Source: Candidatus Saccharimonadota bacterium
GTDB taxonomy: Bacteria; Patescibacteriota; Saccharimonadia; Saccharimonadales; Saccharimonadaceae
Assembly (NCBI GenBank): GCA_017437945.1
Contig: JAFRWP010000002.1
Coordinates: 1,272 to 65,271 of the forward strand
Direction of reading: 5' to 3'
Length of the DNA: 64,000 bases
Program-made: the position numbers and the translations under genes
Notes under the pieces: model-generated
Database searches by the model: none
Told to the model about the DNA's origin: nothing
Seen by the model: the letters and a program-made list of their open reading frames with translations, nothing else
Shown here: positions 26,668 through 35,579 of the stretch, one piece after another
How the letters are laid out: each line of letters opens with the position of its first letter
Position numbering within the stretch: the first letter of the stretch is position 1

Positions 26668-27234
26668 CTATACCTTTTCCGATTCTCTCAGTTCTTCGAT
26701 GATTTGGTTGATTAGATCAGTTGATTCGTCAATTTCTGTGCTGAGTCTTTCGAATGGTTTTTGCGCAGCGCTTGCGTTGTCGACGCAATCGACCGCCTGT
26801 CGATAATCCGTAGCCGCATCTAGTAACTCTAGGAATGCGCCCAACATGAATGAACACATCGTAAGATATTGAGTTAGTCCAGCGGCGAAAGAAGAAACGG
26901 TCTCCAACTCGTCATTCTTCTTTTTAAGGTCACCTTTTAGTCCTTCAATTGTTTTTGACTTTTTATCCAGGACCCTTCGTATGTTTTTGTTCGACCTCGA
27001 CATCAGCTCATAGTTTTTTACCAATTCGTAAATTATTGAGCTTGGTATATCGACAATCGTGCGTTCCTCCGGGGGTTTATCTTTTGTCGCCTCCTGTTCT
27101 TTTAAGTATCTTCGGAGCAGCCGTGTTTTTAGCACGCCATTTTCCGTAATAGGAACTTCTTGAACCTGATCTTGGCCAAGACTACGGCATCGTTGTGAAT
27201 TCCTAACCGTAATCGTGTGCACATCGGTCTTCAA
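26668..27234 (-). CDS. hypothetical helical protein (188 aa)
   Basis: A TTG start at 27234 is preceded by GAGGAGGTG with 6-nt spacing. It has its own promoter at 27308-27336. I recognise no family. Confidence 0.55.
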   Translation of the reverse strand: MKTDVHTITVRNSQRCRSLGQDQVQEVPITENGVLKTRLLRRYLKEQEATKDKPPEERTIVDIPSSIIYELVKNYELMSRSNKNIRRVLDKKSKTIEGLKGDLKKKNDELETVSSFAAGLTQYLTMCSFMLGAFLELLDAATDYRQAVDCVDNASAAQKPFERLSTEIDESTDLINQIIEELRESEKV

Positions 27235-27307
27235 CTAAAACACCTCCTCGTAAAGTGCATTATCTTCCTGCACGCCAAAAAAGCGCCTGAAGCAGGCAGA
27301 TAATACT

Positions 27308-27336
27308 ATTATAGCACACTTCAGCTAAAAAGTCAA
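27308..27336 (-). promoter_or_regulatory. sigma70 promoter TTGACT-17-TATAAT followed by a ~65-nt hairpin-containing leader
   Basis: Consensus hexamers. The leader 27261-27302 can form a long imperfect hairpin around a U6 run. Confidence 0.6.
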
Positions 27337-27344
27337 GAAATAGT

Positions 27345-30300
27345 TTATCGCTCTCCAGTATACCAGCTCGGAATGGAAGCCTCCGGAACATGGAAAAATG
27401 CGCGTGTCATATCGGAAACGCCAGACACGTCCCAGTTCTCAATTTGTGATGGCGACATCAAAGAACTCGTATTATAGAACATGGCGCCCATTTTCTTCAA
27501 ATTGGATATATTCCAACCACTAATACCACTAATATCTCTAAGAGAAAAGGTCCAATAGAACATACCAGACATGTCGGTTACGCTAGATACATCCCAATTA
27601 CTTAATGCATCTAGATTGGTTAGGCTACCATTACCATTTTTTCCGCGGAACATTGAGGACATATTTTTAACCTTTGATACATCCCAGTTCCTTAGGCCAT
27701 CAATATTAGCTAAAGAAACTGTATAGGCAAATGCATAATTCATATCAGTTACCTTTGACGTATTCCAATTTCTCAACGCATTGACATCAGTGATTTTAGT
27801 CTCGGCGAATGCATTGGATAAAGACGTCACATTTCCAGTATTCCAATTACTGAGCCCGTCAATATTAGTCAGTTGCGTAGCACAGCTAAACAAATATCGC
27901 ATGTCTGTAACATTGCCCGTATCCCAATTACTCGCGCCATCAGCGTTGGTAAGGCTTGACGCGTAATAGAACATACTAGCCATAGTCGTAACATTACTTG
28001 TGTCCCAACCGCTAGCGGCATCGATATTAGTCAAGCTTCCTGAGTTCTTAAACATACTAGACATATCTGTCACGCTTTCCGTATTCCAATTACTCGCCCC
28101 GTTGATATTAGCTAATTGTCTGGTATTGTAGAACATAGCATACATTGATTTGACTTTTCCTGTATCCCAACTACTTAAAGAGTCAATATTGGTAATAATA
28201 GTGCTGCTGAACATGCTCGACATATCAGTGACCTTACTGGTATCCCAACTGCTCAGACCACTAATGTCGGATAATGAACTTGCATTAGAGAATGCGCGCG
28301 TCAAGCCGGTTAAGTTACTTGTATTCCAGTTAGCTGCACCATTTAGATTCGTTAAGACACTGGCGCCTTCGAACATCGCCCCCATATCCGTCACATTGCT
28401 CGTATTCCAGTTGCTCAATGCGTCGATATCCGTAATCATTGTCGAGGTGAACATATAACCCATTTTTGTTACGCTGCTAGTATTCCAGCTTCTTACGCCG
28501 TTAATATCTGCCAAGCTATTTGCGCCTCCAAACATATATGACATATCATTTACATTACTCGTATTCCAGCCGCTTAAGCTGTTTATGTTCGTAATCGATG
28601 ATGCTGAGCGGAACATATCAGACATGTTTGTCACGTTTCCGGTATCCCAGTTGCTTACGCCATTAATATCAATTAAATGGTTTGCGTTGTTGAACATATA
28701 AGACATGGATGTTACATTCTTGGTGTCCCAAGGACTCAACGCATCAATATTAGTCAAACTTGTATCATTATTGAACATATAAGACATATTAGTCACGTTT
28801 CCAGTATCCCAGTTACTCGCCCCATCGATATTGGTTAAGCTAGAAGCGTCATAGAACATGCTACTCATATTAGTCACGTTTCCAGTATCCCAGTTGCTTG
28901 CACCATTAATATTCACCAAGCTAGAAGCGTCATAGAACATGCTACTCATATTAGTCACGTTTCCAGTATCCCAGTTACTCGCCCCATCGATATTGGTTAA
29001 GCTAGAAGCGCCATAGAACATGCCATACATATTAGTCACGTTTCCGGTATCCCAGTTGCTCGCACCGTTGATATTAATGAGCTTATCTGACCAATAGAAC
29101 ATAAGCGACATATCAGTTACCTTGCTTGTATCCCAATCAGAAATGGCATCAATATTTGTCAAATCGTTCATGCCATAGAGAATTGAGCCATAGAACATGC
29201 TACTCATATTAGTCACGTTTCCGGTATCCCAGTTGCTCGCACCGTCAATGTTGCTTAAGTTGTCATTATACATGAACATGGACCCCATATTTGTCACTTT
29301 GCTAGTGTCCCAATTGCTTAAGGCGTCGATGTTTGTAATATTCCTCGCGCCGAGGAACATACTGCCCATTGTTTCTACATTGCTAGTATTCCATTTGGCC
29401 AAAGCGTCGAGATTGGTAATTTGATTAGTTCGCATAGCGCCACCACTGTGAAATAGCGATCGCATATCCGTAACATTTGAAACATCCCAATCGACTAATC
29501 CAGAAATATCGGCTAAATTCTTTGTACCGTAGAACATTTGCGACACGTTGGTTACTCTAGAAGTCTTAACTTTACTCGCGAAATCTAAATCCGTAATGCC
29601 GTCAAAACCATAAAACATATTTGCGGAATTAGTATTTAAATAAATATCTTCGGCATCAGTATATAAATACAGTGTGCCATTATCAAACCAGGCGTAAATC
29701 GGCAAATCAGAGTTAGGCGCCGACAATTGATTATTGCTATTATTTGTATCTATGTCGGTATTGATGGTGTCGGTCCAAGTGATTTTTGTTACGGTGGTAT
29801 TAGAGGCATTATAAGAGTAAGTGGATTGTCCGGAAAGCCTTTTCATTTTTACGTTTACGCTATTACCTGAATCAAACGTCGCCACGGCGCGCTGGTGCAT
29901 AATTCCGTCTAGGGATTTAGATATATTGGGTCTTGTCCAAACAGCGCGAATGTAAACATCCTCCTCTGGCATTCTGAAATAGTCGTCGTTAATATAATTA
30001 ATTCCGTAATTTTCTATCTTCCAACCCTTGAAGTTATATCCCTGGCAGGATAACTGATTGTTTTGGAATTCTACGGTAGTGTAGACCGTATGATTGCGCG
30101 TATCCGGGACGGTTCCTTGGACTTCACAACCGTCTGGCGCATTGGCGTTATATATTACGGCATATTTATCTCTCAATACAGGTGTCTTATAACTATCAAT
30201 TATCTCTCCTGGCACTTCTTCGATATTGGATGTAATAATCTCGTGGAAATTAGTTGGCAACAAAAGAACATCGTCCGAGCTATTTATATAATTAGTCTTA

Positions 30301-31352
30301 AGGAGCAAATCGATCGTGAGCGTGGCTTTTTGGCCCGAACGGTATAACCCACTTATATCCCATAAAACTGACCAGTTTTCGCTGTCGACTTCGATGCCAT
30401 TGCCGTAAGTTCCGATAGATGCCGAAATAGCATTGGCTAAATCTTCGTTGCTTATATGTCCTTCATTATCAGGGATACCTAACTGCCAATAAGTAGTATC
30501 AATATAGTCGACTATTGTAAAACTATTATAAACGTACGGCACTACTGTTGCCATAAAAAGAACATTATTTAATGACTCCATGCTAGCCAAATACTGATTA
30601 TCGGAAACGCGTTTAATAGGTTCGTAAATCACGTCACCCATTTCATATTGGATGCCAGTTACCGTCGCATATGGATGTAAAGATTTAATTAACTGATATT
30701 GGGCTACCTCGTTTGGGACCTCTTCGTTTGGAAAACCGTCCGTTAGAAAGAGCAATATTAATTCCGTGTCGTCCTGTTTTTGGTAGCCGTCCAGCACCTC
30801 TAATGCTTTTATTAAGCCTTGATTATAGTTTGTCGTGCCAGTCGTGCTGATATCATTTATATAATTAATCATTTGGTTCTTATCATCAGTAAAGCCTGAC
30901 ACAACCTGTGCATCCGTACCGAAAGTCACTAAAGCTACGCGGTTACCTTGGTCACTCAATAAGACATTTACTAAATCCGTAGAATCTTCTTTTACTTGCC
31001 TTATCTTATTTCCCATCATTGATCCGGACTGGTCGATAATTAATAAAACATCAAGGTGCGTCGTGTCATTATATTTCGCAACCGATTCAACCTCGAATGT
31101 CACCCGCGCTTTACCGGTACCTATCCATTTAGCAGACTTTGTAATCTTCCAAGAACCCGGATCGTTATTAGCAAAGTTACTATGCTGAGAGCTAATCTCT
31201 ACGGACGGTACTGGCACATCGGCAGCTTGCGCTTTTAGGAATAATGAAATCGCGAAAGATACCACAAAACCAACAAACAAAAACATCGCAACAAAAACCT
31301 TGCGATGCGAATGGAATCCAAACTGACGTTTATTTTTGTGGAAAAATAACAT
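27345..31352 (-). CDS. giant secreted/surface protein: signal peptide + vWA domain + Listeria-Bacteroides (Flg_new-type) repeat + ~26 DUF285/BspA-type 26-27-aa repeats
   Basis: The N-terminus has a basic n-region, a hydrophobic core and AQA. A vWA MIDAS motif is present (DVLLIIDQSGSM ... LFLTDG). GYNFKGW is a typical Flg_new-type segment. The protein then has 26 copies of the W(D/N)TS.VT.M..MF... unit. Confidence 0.85.
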   Translation of the reverse strand: MLFFHKNKRQFGFHSHRKVFVAMFLFVGFVVSFAISLFLKAQAADVPVPSVEISSQHSNFANNDPGSWKITKSAKWIGTGKARVTFEVESVAKYNDTTHLDVLLIIDQSGSMMGNKIRQVKEDSTDLVNVLLSDQGNRVALVTFGTDAQVVSGFTDDKNQMINYINDISTTGTTNYNQGLIKALEVLDGYQKQDDTELILLFLTDGFPNEEVPNEVAQYQLIKSLHPYATVTGIQYEMGDVIYEPIKRVSDNQYLASMESLNNVLFMATVVPYVYNSFTIVDYIDTTYWQLGIPDNEGHISNEDLANAISASIGTYGNGIEVDSENWSVLWDISGLYRSGQKATLTIDLLLKTNYINSSDDVLLLPTNFHEIITSNIEEVPGEIIDSYKTPVLRDKYAVIYNANAPDGCEVQGTVPDTRNHTVYTTVEFQNNQLSCQGYNFKGWKIENYGINYINDDYFRMPEEDVYIRAVWTRPNISKSLDGIMHQRAVATFDSGNSVNVKMKRLSGQSTYSYNASNTTVTKITWTDTINTDIDTNNSNNQLSAPNSDLPIYAWFDNGTLYLYTDAEDIYLNTNSANMFYGFDGITDLDFASKVKTSRVTNVSQMFYGTKNLADISGLVDWDVSNVTDMRSLFHSGGAMRTNQITNLDALAKWNTSNVETMGSMFLGARNITNIDALSNWDTSKVTNMGSMFMYNDNLSNIDGASNWDTGNVTNMSSMFYGSILYGMNDLTNIDAISDWDTSKVTDMSLMFYWSDKLININGASNWDTGNVTNMYGMFYGASSLTNIDGASNWDTGNVTNMSSMFYDASSLVNINGASNWDTGNVTNMSSMFYDASSLTNIDGASNWDTGNVTNMSYMFNNDTSLTNIDALSPWDTKNVTSMSYMFNNANHLIDINGVSNWDTGNVTNMSDMFRSASSITNINSLSGWNTSNVNDMSYMFGGANSLADINGVRSWNTSSVTKMGYMFTSTMITDIDALSNWNTSNVTDMGAMFEGASVLTNLNGAANWNTSNLTGLTRAFSNASSLSDISGLSSWDTSKVTDMSSMFSSTIITNIDSLSSWDTGKVKSMYAMFYNTRQLANINGASNWNTESVTDMSSMFKNSGSLTNIDAASGWDTSNVTTMASMFYYASSLTNADGASNWDTGNVTDMRYLFSCATQLTNIDGLSNWNTGNVTSLSNAFAETKITDVNALRNWNTSKVTDMNYAFAYTVSLANIDGLRNWDVSKVKNMSSMFRGKNGNGSLTNLDALSNWDVSSVTDMSGMFYWTFSLRDISGISGWNISNLKKMGAMFYNTSSLMSPSQIENWDVSGVSDMTRAFFHVPEASIPSWYTGER
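27393..29590 (-). repeat. coding tandem array of ~81-nt (27-aa) DUF285-type repeats
   Basis: There are 26-27 successive units. Units at 28785-28865, 28866-28946, 28947-29027 and 29028-29108 share 30-77 identical nucleotides. Confidence 0.85.
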
Positions 31353-31544
31353 TTTTGTATTGGTGTTTTATTTTTAGTGTTTATTTTCCACAATCCACTG
31401 CCTCGATTTAAGCATAACAGGGAAGAAAAGTCAAGTGCTAAACGAAAAACATCTAGCGTAATCTGGAAATATATGTTAAAATAACCAAGTAATTAATTTT
31501 AATGAATCAGCCTCTATATAAAAGAGGCGAAGGAGAAGGTTCAA

Positions 31545-32246
31545 ATGCCTGCAAAAGCAGATATTAAGGAGCTTCTTGCTGCCGGCGCACATTTTGGTCA
31601 CAAGACCAGCCGCTGGCATCCAAAGATGGCCCCATACATCCACAGCAAGCGCCAAGGCGCTCATATTATTAATCTCGAAAAGACTGTTGAATGTCTCGAC
31701 GAGGCTCTTCCAAAGATGACCGAGCTTACCTCTAAGGGCAAAAAAGTCCTCTTTGTTGGCACCAAAAAACAACTCAAAGACGTCGTCAAAGAGACGGCCG
31801 AATCTATCGACATGCCATATGTCACGGTTCGTTGGGTTGGCGGTATGCTCACTAACGTTGAAACCGTTAACAAGCAGATTCGCAAGCTCAAAGATCTCGA
31901 GCGCCGCATGGCTTCTGGCGAACTCGAAAAACGCTACAGCAAGCTCGAAGTTCAGCGCTTCCAAGAAGAAATCGATCTTCTCAACGAACGCTATGGTGGT
32001 ATCAAAAATATGACCGAACAGCCAGTTGCTGTTATCGTCACTGATGCTATCCAGGACAAGAATGCTATCAAAGAAGCTAAGACTCTCAATATTCCAGTTT
32101 TCGCTATCTGCGATACGAATACCGACCCAAGTGTTGTTGACTATCCAATTCCAGCCAACGATGACGCTATCAAGTCCGTCAAACTTATTCTCGACTATTT
32201 TGTCGCCGCTATCAAAGACGGCAAAGCTAAAGTTGCAAAGAATTAA
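31545..32246 (+). CDS. rpsB: 30S ribosomal protein S2
   Basis: LLAAGAHFGHKTSRWHPKM is the typical S2 N-terminus. AAGGAGAAGG SD. Confidence 0.95.
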   Translation: MPAKADIKELLAAGAHFGHKTSRWHPKMAPYIHSKRQGAHIINLEKTVECLDEALPKMTELTSKGKKVLFVGTKKQLKDVVKETAESIDMPYVTVRWVGGMLTNVETVNKQIRKLKDLERRMASGELEKRYSKLEVQRFQEEIDLLNERYGGIKNMTEQPVAVIVTDAIQDKNAIKEAKTLNIPVFAICDTNTDPSVVDYPIPANDDAIKSVKLILDYFVAAIKDGKAKVAKN

Positions 32247-32266
32247 ATTAAACAGGAGTTTTTAAA

Positions 32267-32899
32267 ATGGCAGAAAAATCTGCAAAAGAAGTAGCCGGCG
32301 AGGCAAAAGCAATCAGCATTGAACTCATCAAGAAGCTCAAAGAGCTTTCTGGCGTTGGTTTAACCGATGCAAAGAACGCTCTTATCGAAGCTAAAGGTGA
32401 TTTCGATAAAGCTCTCGCTGCTATGCGCAAAAAAGGTCTTACGAAGGCTGAAAAGCGTGGCGACCGCGAAACTCGCGAAGGCGTTATCGAATCCTACATT
32501 CATGATGGCCGTCTTGGCGCTATCGTTGAGGTCAACTGCGAAACTTCTTTCGTAGCTAAGACCGACGAATTCAAGACTCTTGCCCACAACATTGCTATGC
32601 AAGTCGCTTCCATGAACCCACAATGGGTTTCCGAAGATGAAATTCCAGCTGACAAAATGAAAGAAGCTCGCGAAGAGGCAGAAAAGTCTCTTACCGGCAA
32701 AGAGCCAGCAGATCGCAAAGAGCAAATCATTGCATCCAAGGTTTCCAAAGCTTTCGCCGATCGCGTACTCTTGAATCAGTCTTATATCTTTGACGAAAAC
32801 AAGACTGTCGCTGAATACATCAAGGATACGATTGCAAAAACTGGTGAAAACATCACCGTTAAGCAGTTCAAGCGCATCGAGCTTGGCGTTACTGAGTAA
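32267..32899 (+). CDS. tsf: translation elongation factor Ts (short form)
   Basis: IKKLKELSGVGLTDAKNALIEAKGDFDKALAAMRKKG is a UBA-like EF-Ts N-terminus. The gene immediately follows rpsB. Confidence 0.93.
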   Translation: MAEKSAKEVAGEAKAISIELIKKLKELSGVGLTDAKNALIEAKGDFDKALAAMRKKGLTKAEKRGDRETREGVIESYIHDGRLGAIVEVNCETSFVAKTDEFKTLAHNIAMQVASMNPQWVSEDEIPADKMKEAREEAEKSLTGKEPADRKEQIIASKVSKAFADRVLLNQSYIFDENKTVAEYIKDTIAKTGENITVKQFKRIELGVTE

Positions 32900-32911
32900 T
32901 TAGGGCTCATC

Positions 32912-32942
32912 AAAAATCTCCGCACAATTGCGGAGATTTTTT
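32912..32942. terminator. bidirectional intrinsic terminator
   Basis: AAAAATCTCCGC-ACAATT-GCGGAGATTTTTT. Confidence 0.85.
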
Positions 32943-32943
32943 G

Positions 32944-33690
32944 TTAGATTTGACTTAATATTTTTCCGGCCGAATCATGGATTACCAAATCTGCTACATT
33001 ATCGAAATCGGTCGTATCACGGTTGATAACGACAATATATTTTCCATCAAATCGACGCGGTAATGCGGCAGCTGGATAAACCGCCAGGGAAGTACCGCAT
33101 ACTATCAGACAATCTGCTTCCGCTATCCATTTTTCCGCTTGCATCCAGGCGTCCTCCGGCAATTCTTCGCCATACAAAACTACGTCCGGTCGCACCATAT
33201 CGTTGCATTTTTCGCATCGCGGCACGGCGCGTTCGTGCTCAAAAATATAATCTCCATCATACTCCGCACCGCATGCTACACAATGACATTTTTGCGTCGT
33301 CCCATGCAGCTCTACGACATTTTTGCTGCCGGCTTTTTGATGAAGTCCGTCGATGTTTTGTGTTATTACGCCAAGCAATTTGCCGTCTTTTTCCCACTCG
33401 ACCAGTTTCTTGTGCGCCGGATTTGGTTCGCATTTGCGCGCATCAAGTTTTTGGCGATAATATTCGAAAAAGACTTTTGGCTCATCGAATAAACAATTGT
33501 CGGACAGCAAATATTCTGGCGAATAATCGTCAAAACGCACGTCGTGCTGATTATATAAGCCATCCTTGCTGCGGAAATCTGGTATTCCGCTTTCCGTCGA
33601 AACGCCGGCGCCACCAAAGAAAACAATTTTATTGCTATCTGCGATGATCTCTTTTAATCTCGCAATTTGGTCGTCGGTTTCTGTGCTCAT
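32944..33690 (-). CDS. cobB: NAD-dependent protein deacylase, Sir2 family
   Basis: GAGVSTESGIPDFRS, the CxxC...CxxC zinc module and the VINRD motif are present. The ATG at 33690 overlaps the upstream stop as ATGA. Confidence 0.85.
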   Translation of the reverse strand: MSTETDDQIARLKEIIADSNKIVFFGGAGVSTESGIPDFRSKDGLYNQHDVRFDDYSPEYLLSDNCLFDEPKVFFEYYRQKLDARKCEPNPAHKKLVEWEKDGKLLGVITQNIDGLHQKAGSKNVVELHGTTQKCHCVACGAEYDGDYIFEHERAVPRCEKCNDMVRPDVVLYGEELPEDAWMQAEKWIAEADCLIVCGTSLAVYPAAALPRRFDGKYIVVINRDTTDFDNVADLVIHDSAGKILSQI

Positions 33691-34478
33691 TTTTTCTTTC
33701 TGAGATATACGGCCCAATATATTACACCTACGAATAGTGCGCCGCCAATTATATTACCAATTGTTACTGGCAGTAAATTAGCGCCAAGGAAATTACCTAC
33801 ATTAAGTGCTGCATCCGCACCGCCGCTGAGCATATTTTGGAATAAACCGGCTGAAATATAATACATGTTTGCTACGCTATGCTCGAAACCGCATAGCACG
33901 AACATCATAATCGGGAAGAAGAGGCCGGCAATTTTGCCACCAACGGTTTTAGCCGCAAACGAAATCCAGACCGCAATACAGACTAGAAAATTGCACAAGA
34001 CGCCTTTTAGTACAGCATCCCAAAACGGTAAACTGCATTTTGCGACGGCAGTCGAAACGATCGAAGCGCCAACTCCGCCACCAAACATATCTCCTGTATG
34101 CGAGAAAACAACCGCGGCGGCAACTAGAATCCCTCCGACTAAATTTCCTAGGTATACAATCCCCCAACTTTTTAGGAGCTGCTTTAAATTAATCTTTTTT
34201 TCAATGAACGGAATAATTAATAGGCAATTTCCCGTAAACAACTCACTACCCGCTAGCAGAACCATTGCTAGACCGCCCGGAAAAACCATTGCGCCGAGTA
34301 ATTTGCCAATCGCTGCCCATGGCGCACCTGCGCCAGCAACGGTTGATGCTATGCCGCCGATAGCAATAAAAGCTCCCGCCATCACGCCGAGCAGGAACAT
34401 TTTTCCAGCCGTTAGAGATACTTTGCCCACGCCTATTTTTATATAATTCTTCGCGACTTCCGCCGGCGAATTTAGCAT
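33687..34478 (-). CDS. formate/nitrite transporter (FNT) family channel
   Basis: The FNT fold signature is present (GKMFLLGVMAGAFIAIGG, ELFTGN, GNLVGG). I chose the start at MLNSP because it has a GAGG SD. Confidence 0.85.
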   Translation of the reverse strand: MLNSPAEVAKNYIKIGVGKVSLTAGKMFLLGVMAGAFIAIGGIASTVAGAGAPWAAIGKLLGAMVFPGGLAMVLLAGSELFTGNCLLIIPFIEKKINLKQLLKSWGIVYLGNLVGGILVAAAVVFSHTGDMFGGGVGASIVSTAVAKCSLPFWDAVLKGVLCNFLVCIAVWISFAAKTVGGKIAGLFFPIMMFVLCGFEHSVANMYYISAGLFQNMLSGGADAALNVGNFLGANLLPVTIGNIIGGALFVGVIYWAVYLRKKK

Positions 34479-34595
34479 TGTTACCTCACTCATATACCCT
34501 AAGCATATCACCTCTTGACAAAAATGCCAAAATATATTATTCTGATAGTATAGGCCTTGGGAGGGCCTAAGTATTTTGAAACGGGGGATGAGAAT

Positions 34596-35261
34596 GTGAG
34601 CAGGGAAAACGAGAAAACGCTGGAAGTCTACAACCGATTGGCAAGCTATTACATTAGTAATCGATCACGGAAGCACGGCGAAGAGCCGGCCAAATACGCC
34701 GCGAAGTGCGAGCAGAAAAAGCGTCGCATGACATGGTATATGGAAGGAATGTCGCGCAACCCGTCGGTATTGGAAATCGGTTCCGGCGCCGGCGATGACG
34801 TTCCGATGCTTAGGGAGCTCGGATGTCGTGTTCAGCCCAGTGACGGGGCGCAGGCCTTTGTTGACATATTACAAAACAAGGGATACTCTCCGATGTTACT
34901 GGATGTTTCCAAAAAAAACCAAATCAGCGGATTCTACGACATGATTTACGCGAACCATGTATTTATTCATATGACGGAGGGGGACCTTTATCGCATTATG
35001 CCCAAAATCTACGGTTCGCTGCGGCCAAAAGGCCGGTTCATCTTCAACGTCGGCAATATAGACGCTGAAGGAGGACGCAAAAGCGGCTGGATTGATCTGC
35101 CTGGTTTCCACCATCTGGGTGCTGACCGCTATTTCCAGTACTGGAAGAACACCGCTATCATCACACTCGTCGAGAACAACGGCTTCGTCGTCGATAAATA
35201 CCAAGTTTATGGCGGAGAAGACCACCGGCGCTGGATCGAAATCTGCGCCAAAAAGACATAA
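34596..35261 (+). CDS. class I SAM-dependent methyltransferase
   Basis: Motif I is VLEIGSGAGDD. The start is uncertain: I take GTG 34596 after GGGGGA, because the ORF-track TTG at 34557 lies inside a leader hairpin (AGGCC-TTGGGAG-GGCCT). Confidence 0.6.
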   Translation: MSRENEKTLEVYNRLASYYISNRSRKHGEEPAKYAAKCEQKKRRMTWYMEGMSRNPSVLEIGSGAGDDVPMLRELGCRVQPSDGAQAFVDILQNKGYSPMLLDVSKKNQISGFYDMIYANHVFIHMTEGDLYRIMPKIYGSLRPKGRFIFNVGNIDAEGGRKSGWIDLPGFHHLGADRYFQYWKNTAIITLVENNGFVVDKYQVYGGEDHRRWIEICAKKT

Positions 35262-35277
35262 CCCCATCAAAACGCGT

Positions 35278-35301
35278 GCCACCCTACAAGGGTGGCTTTT
35301 T
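35278..35301 (+). terminator. intrinsic terminator
   Basis: GCCACCC-TACAA-GGGTGGC followed by TTTTT. Confidence 0.85.
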
Positions 35302-35333
35302 CTTTGTTATAATACTCTCAAATCGGAGGAGCT

Positions 35334-35579
35334 ATGCGTAAAGTTCGCATCAATCATATTTATCAGCATTACAAAGGCGATAAATACATCGTTTTGGGTG
35401 TCGGAAAGCATTCTGAAACCCTAGAAGAACATGTTATTTATCGAGCACTTTATGGCGACGGTCAAATCTGGGTTCGTCCAATGAATTTATTTATTGATGA
35501 AATCGATCATCAAAAACACCCTGAAATTAAACAGAAATACCGCTTCAAAGAATTACACATCAAAAGTGTCGCGCACTAA
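35334..35579 (+). CDS. DUF1653 family protein
   Basis: YQHYKGDKYIVLGVGKHSETLEEHVIYRALYGDGQIWVRP matches the DUF1653 core as I remember it. Confidence 0.7.
   Translation: MRKVRINHIYQHYKGDKYIVLGVGKHSETLEEHVIYRALYGDGQIWVRPMNLFIDEIDHQKHPEIKQKYRFKELHIKSVAH

Noticed and set aside
27393-29590. Regular ~81-nt DNA periodicity that could suggest a CRISPR array or a satellite.
   Set aside because: The repeats are in frame inside one long ORF and encode the DUF285-type protein repeat. There are no unique spacers and no cas genes.
33063-34446. Plus-strand ORFs of 194 aa and 193 aa opposite cobB and the FNT channel.
   Set aside because: Both are antisense to genes with clear family motifs. Their products are Arg/Pro/Ala-rich low-complexity sequences without start signals.
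34557-34595. A TTG start for the methyltransferase, as in the ORF track.
   Set aside because: The TTG lies inside the leader hairpin AGGCC-TTGGGAG-GGCCT and has no SD. GTG 34596 has GGGGGA 8 nt upstream. The call is still uncertain.
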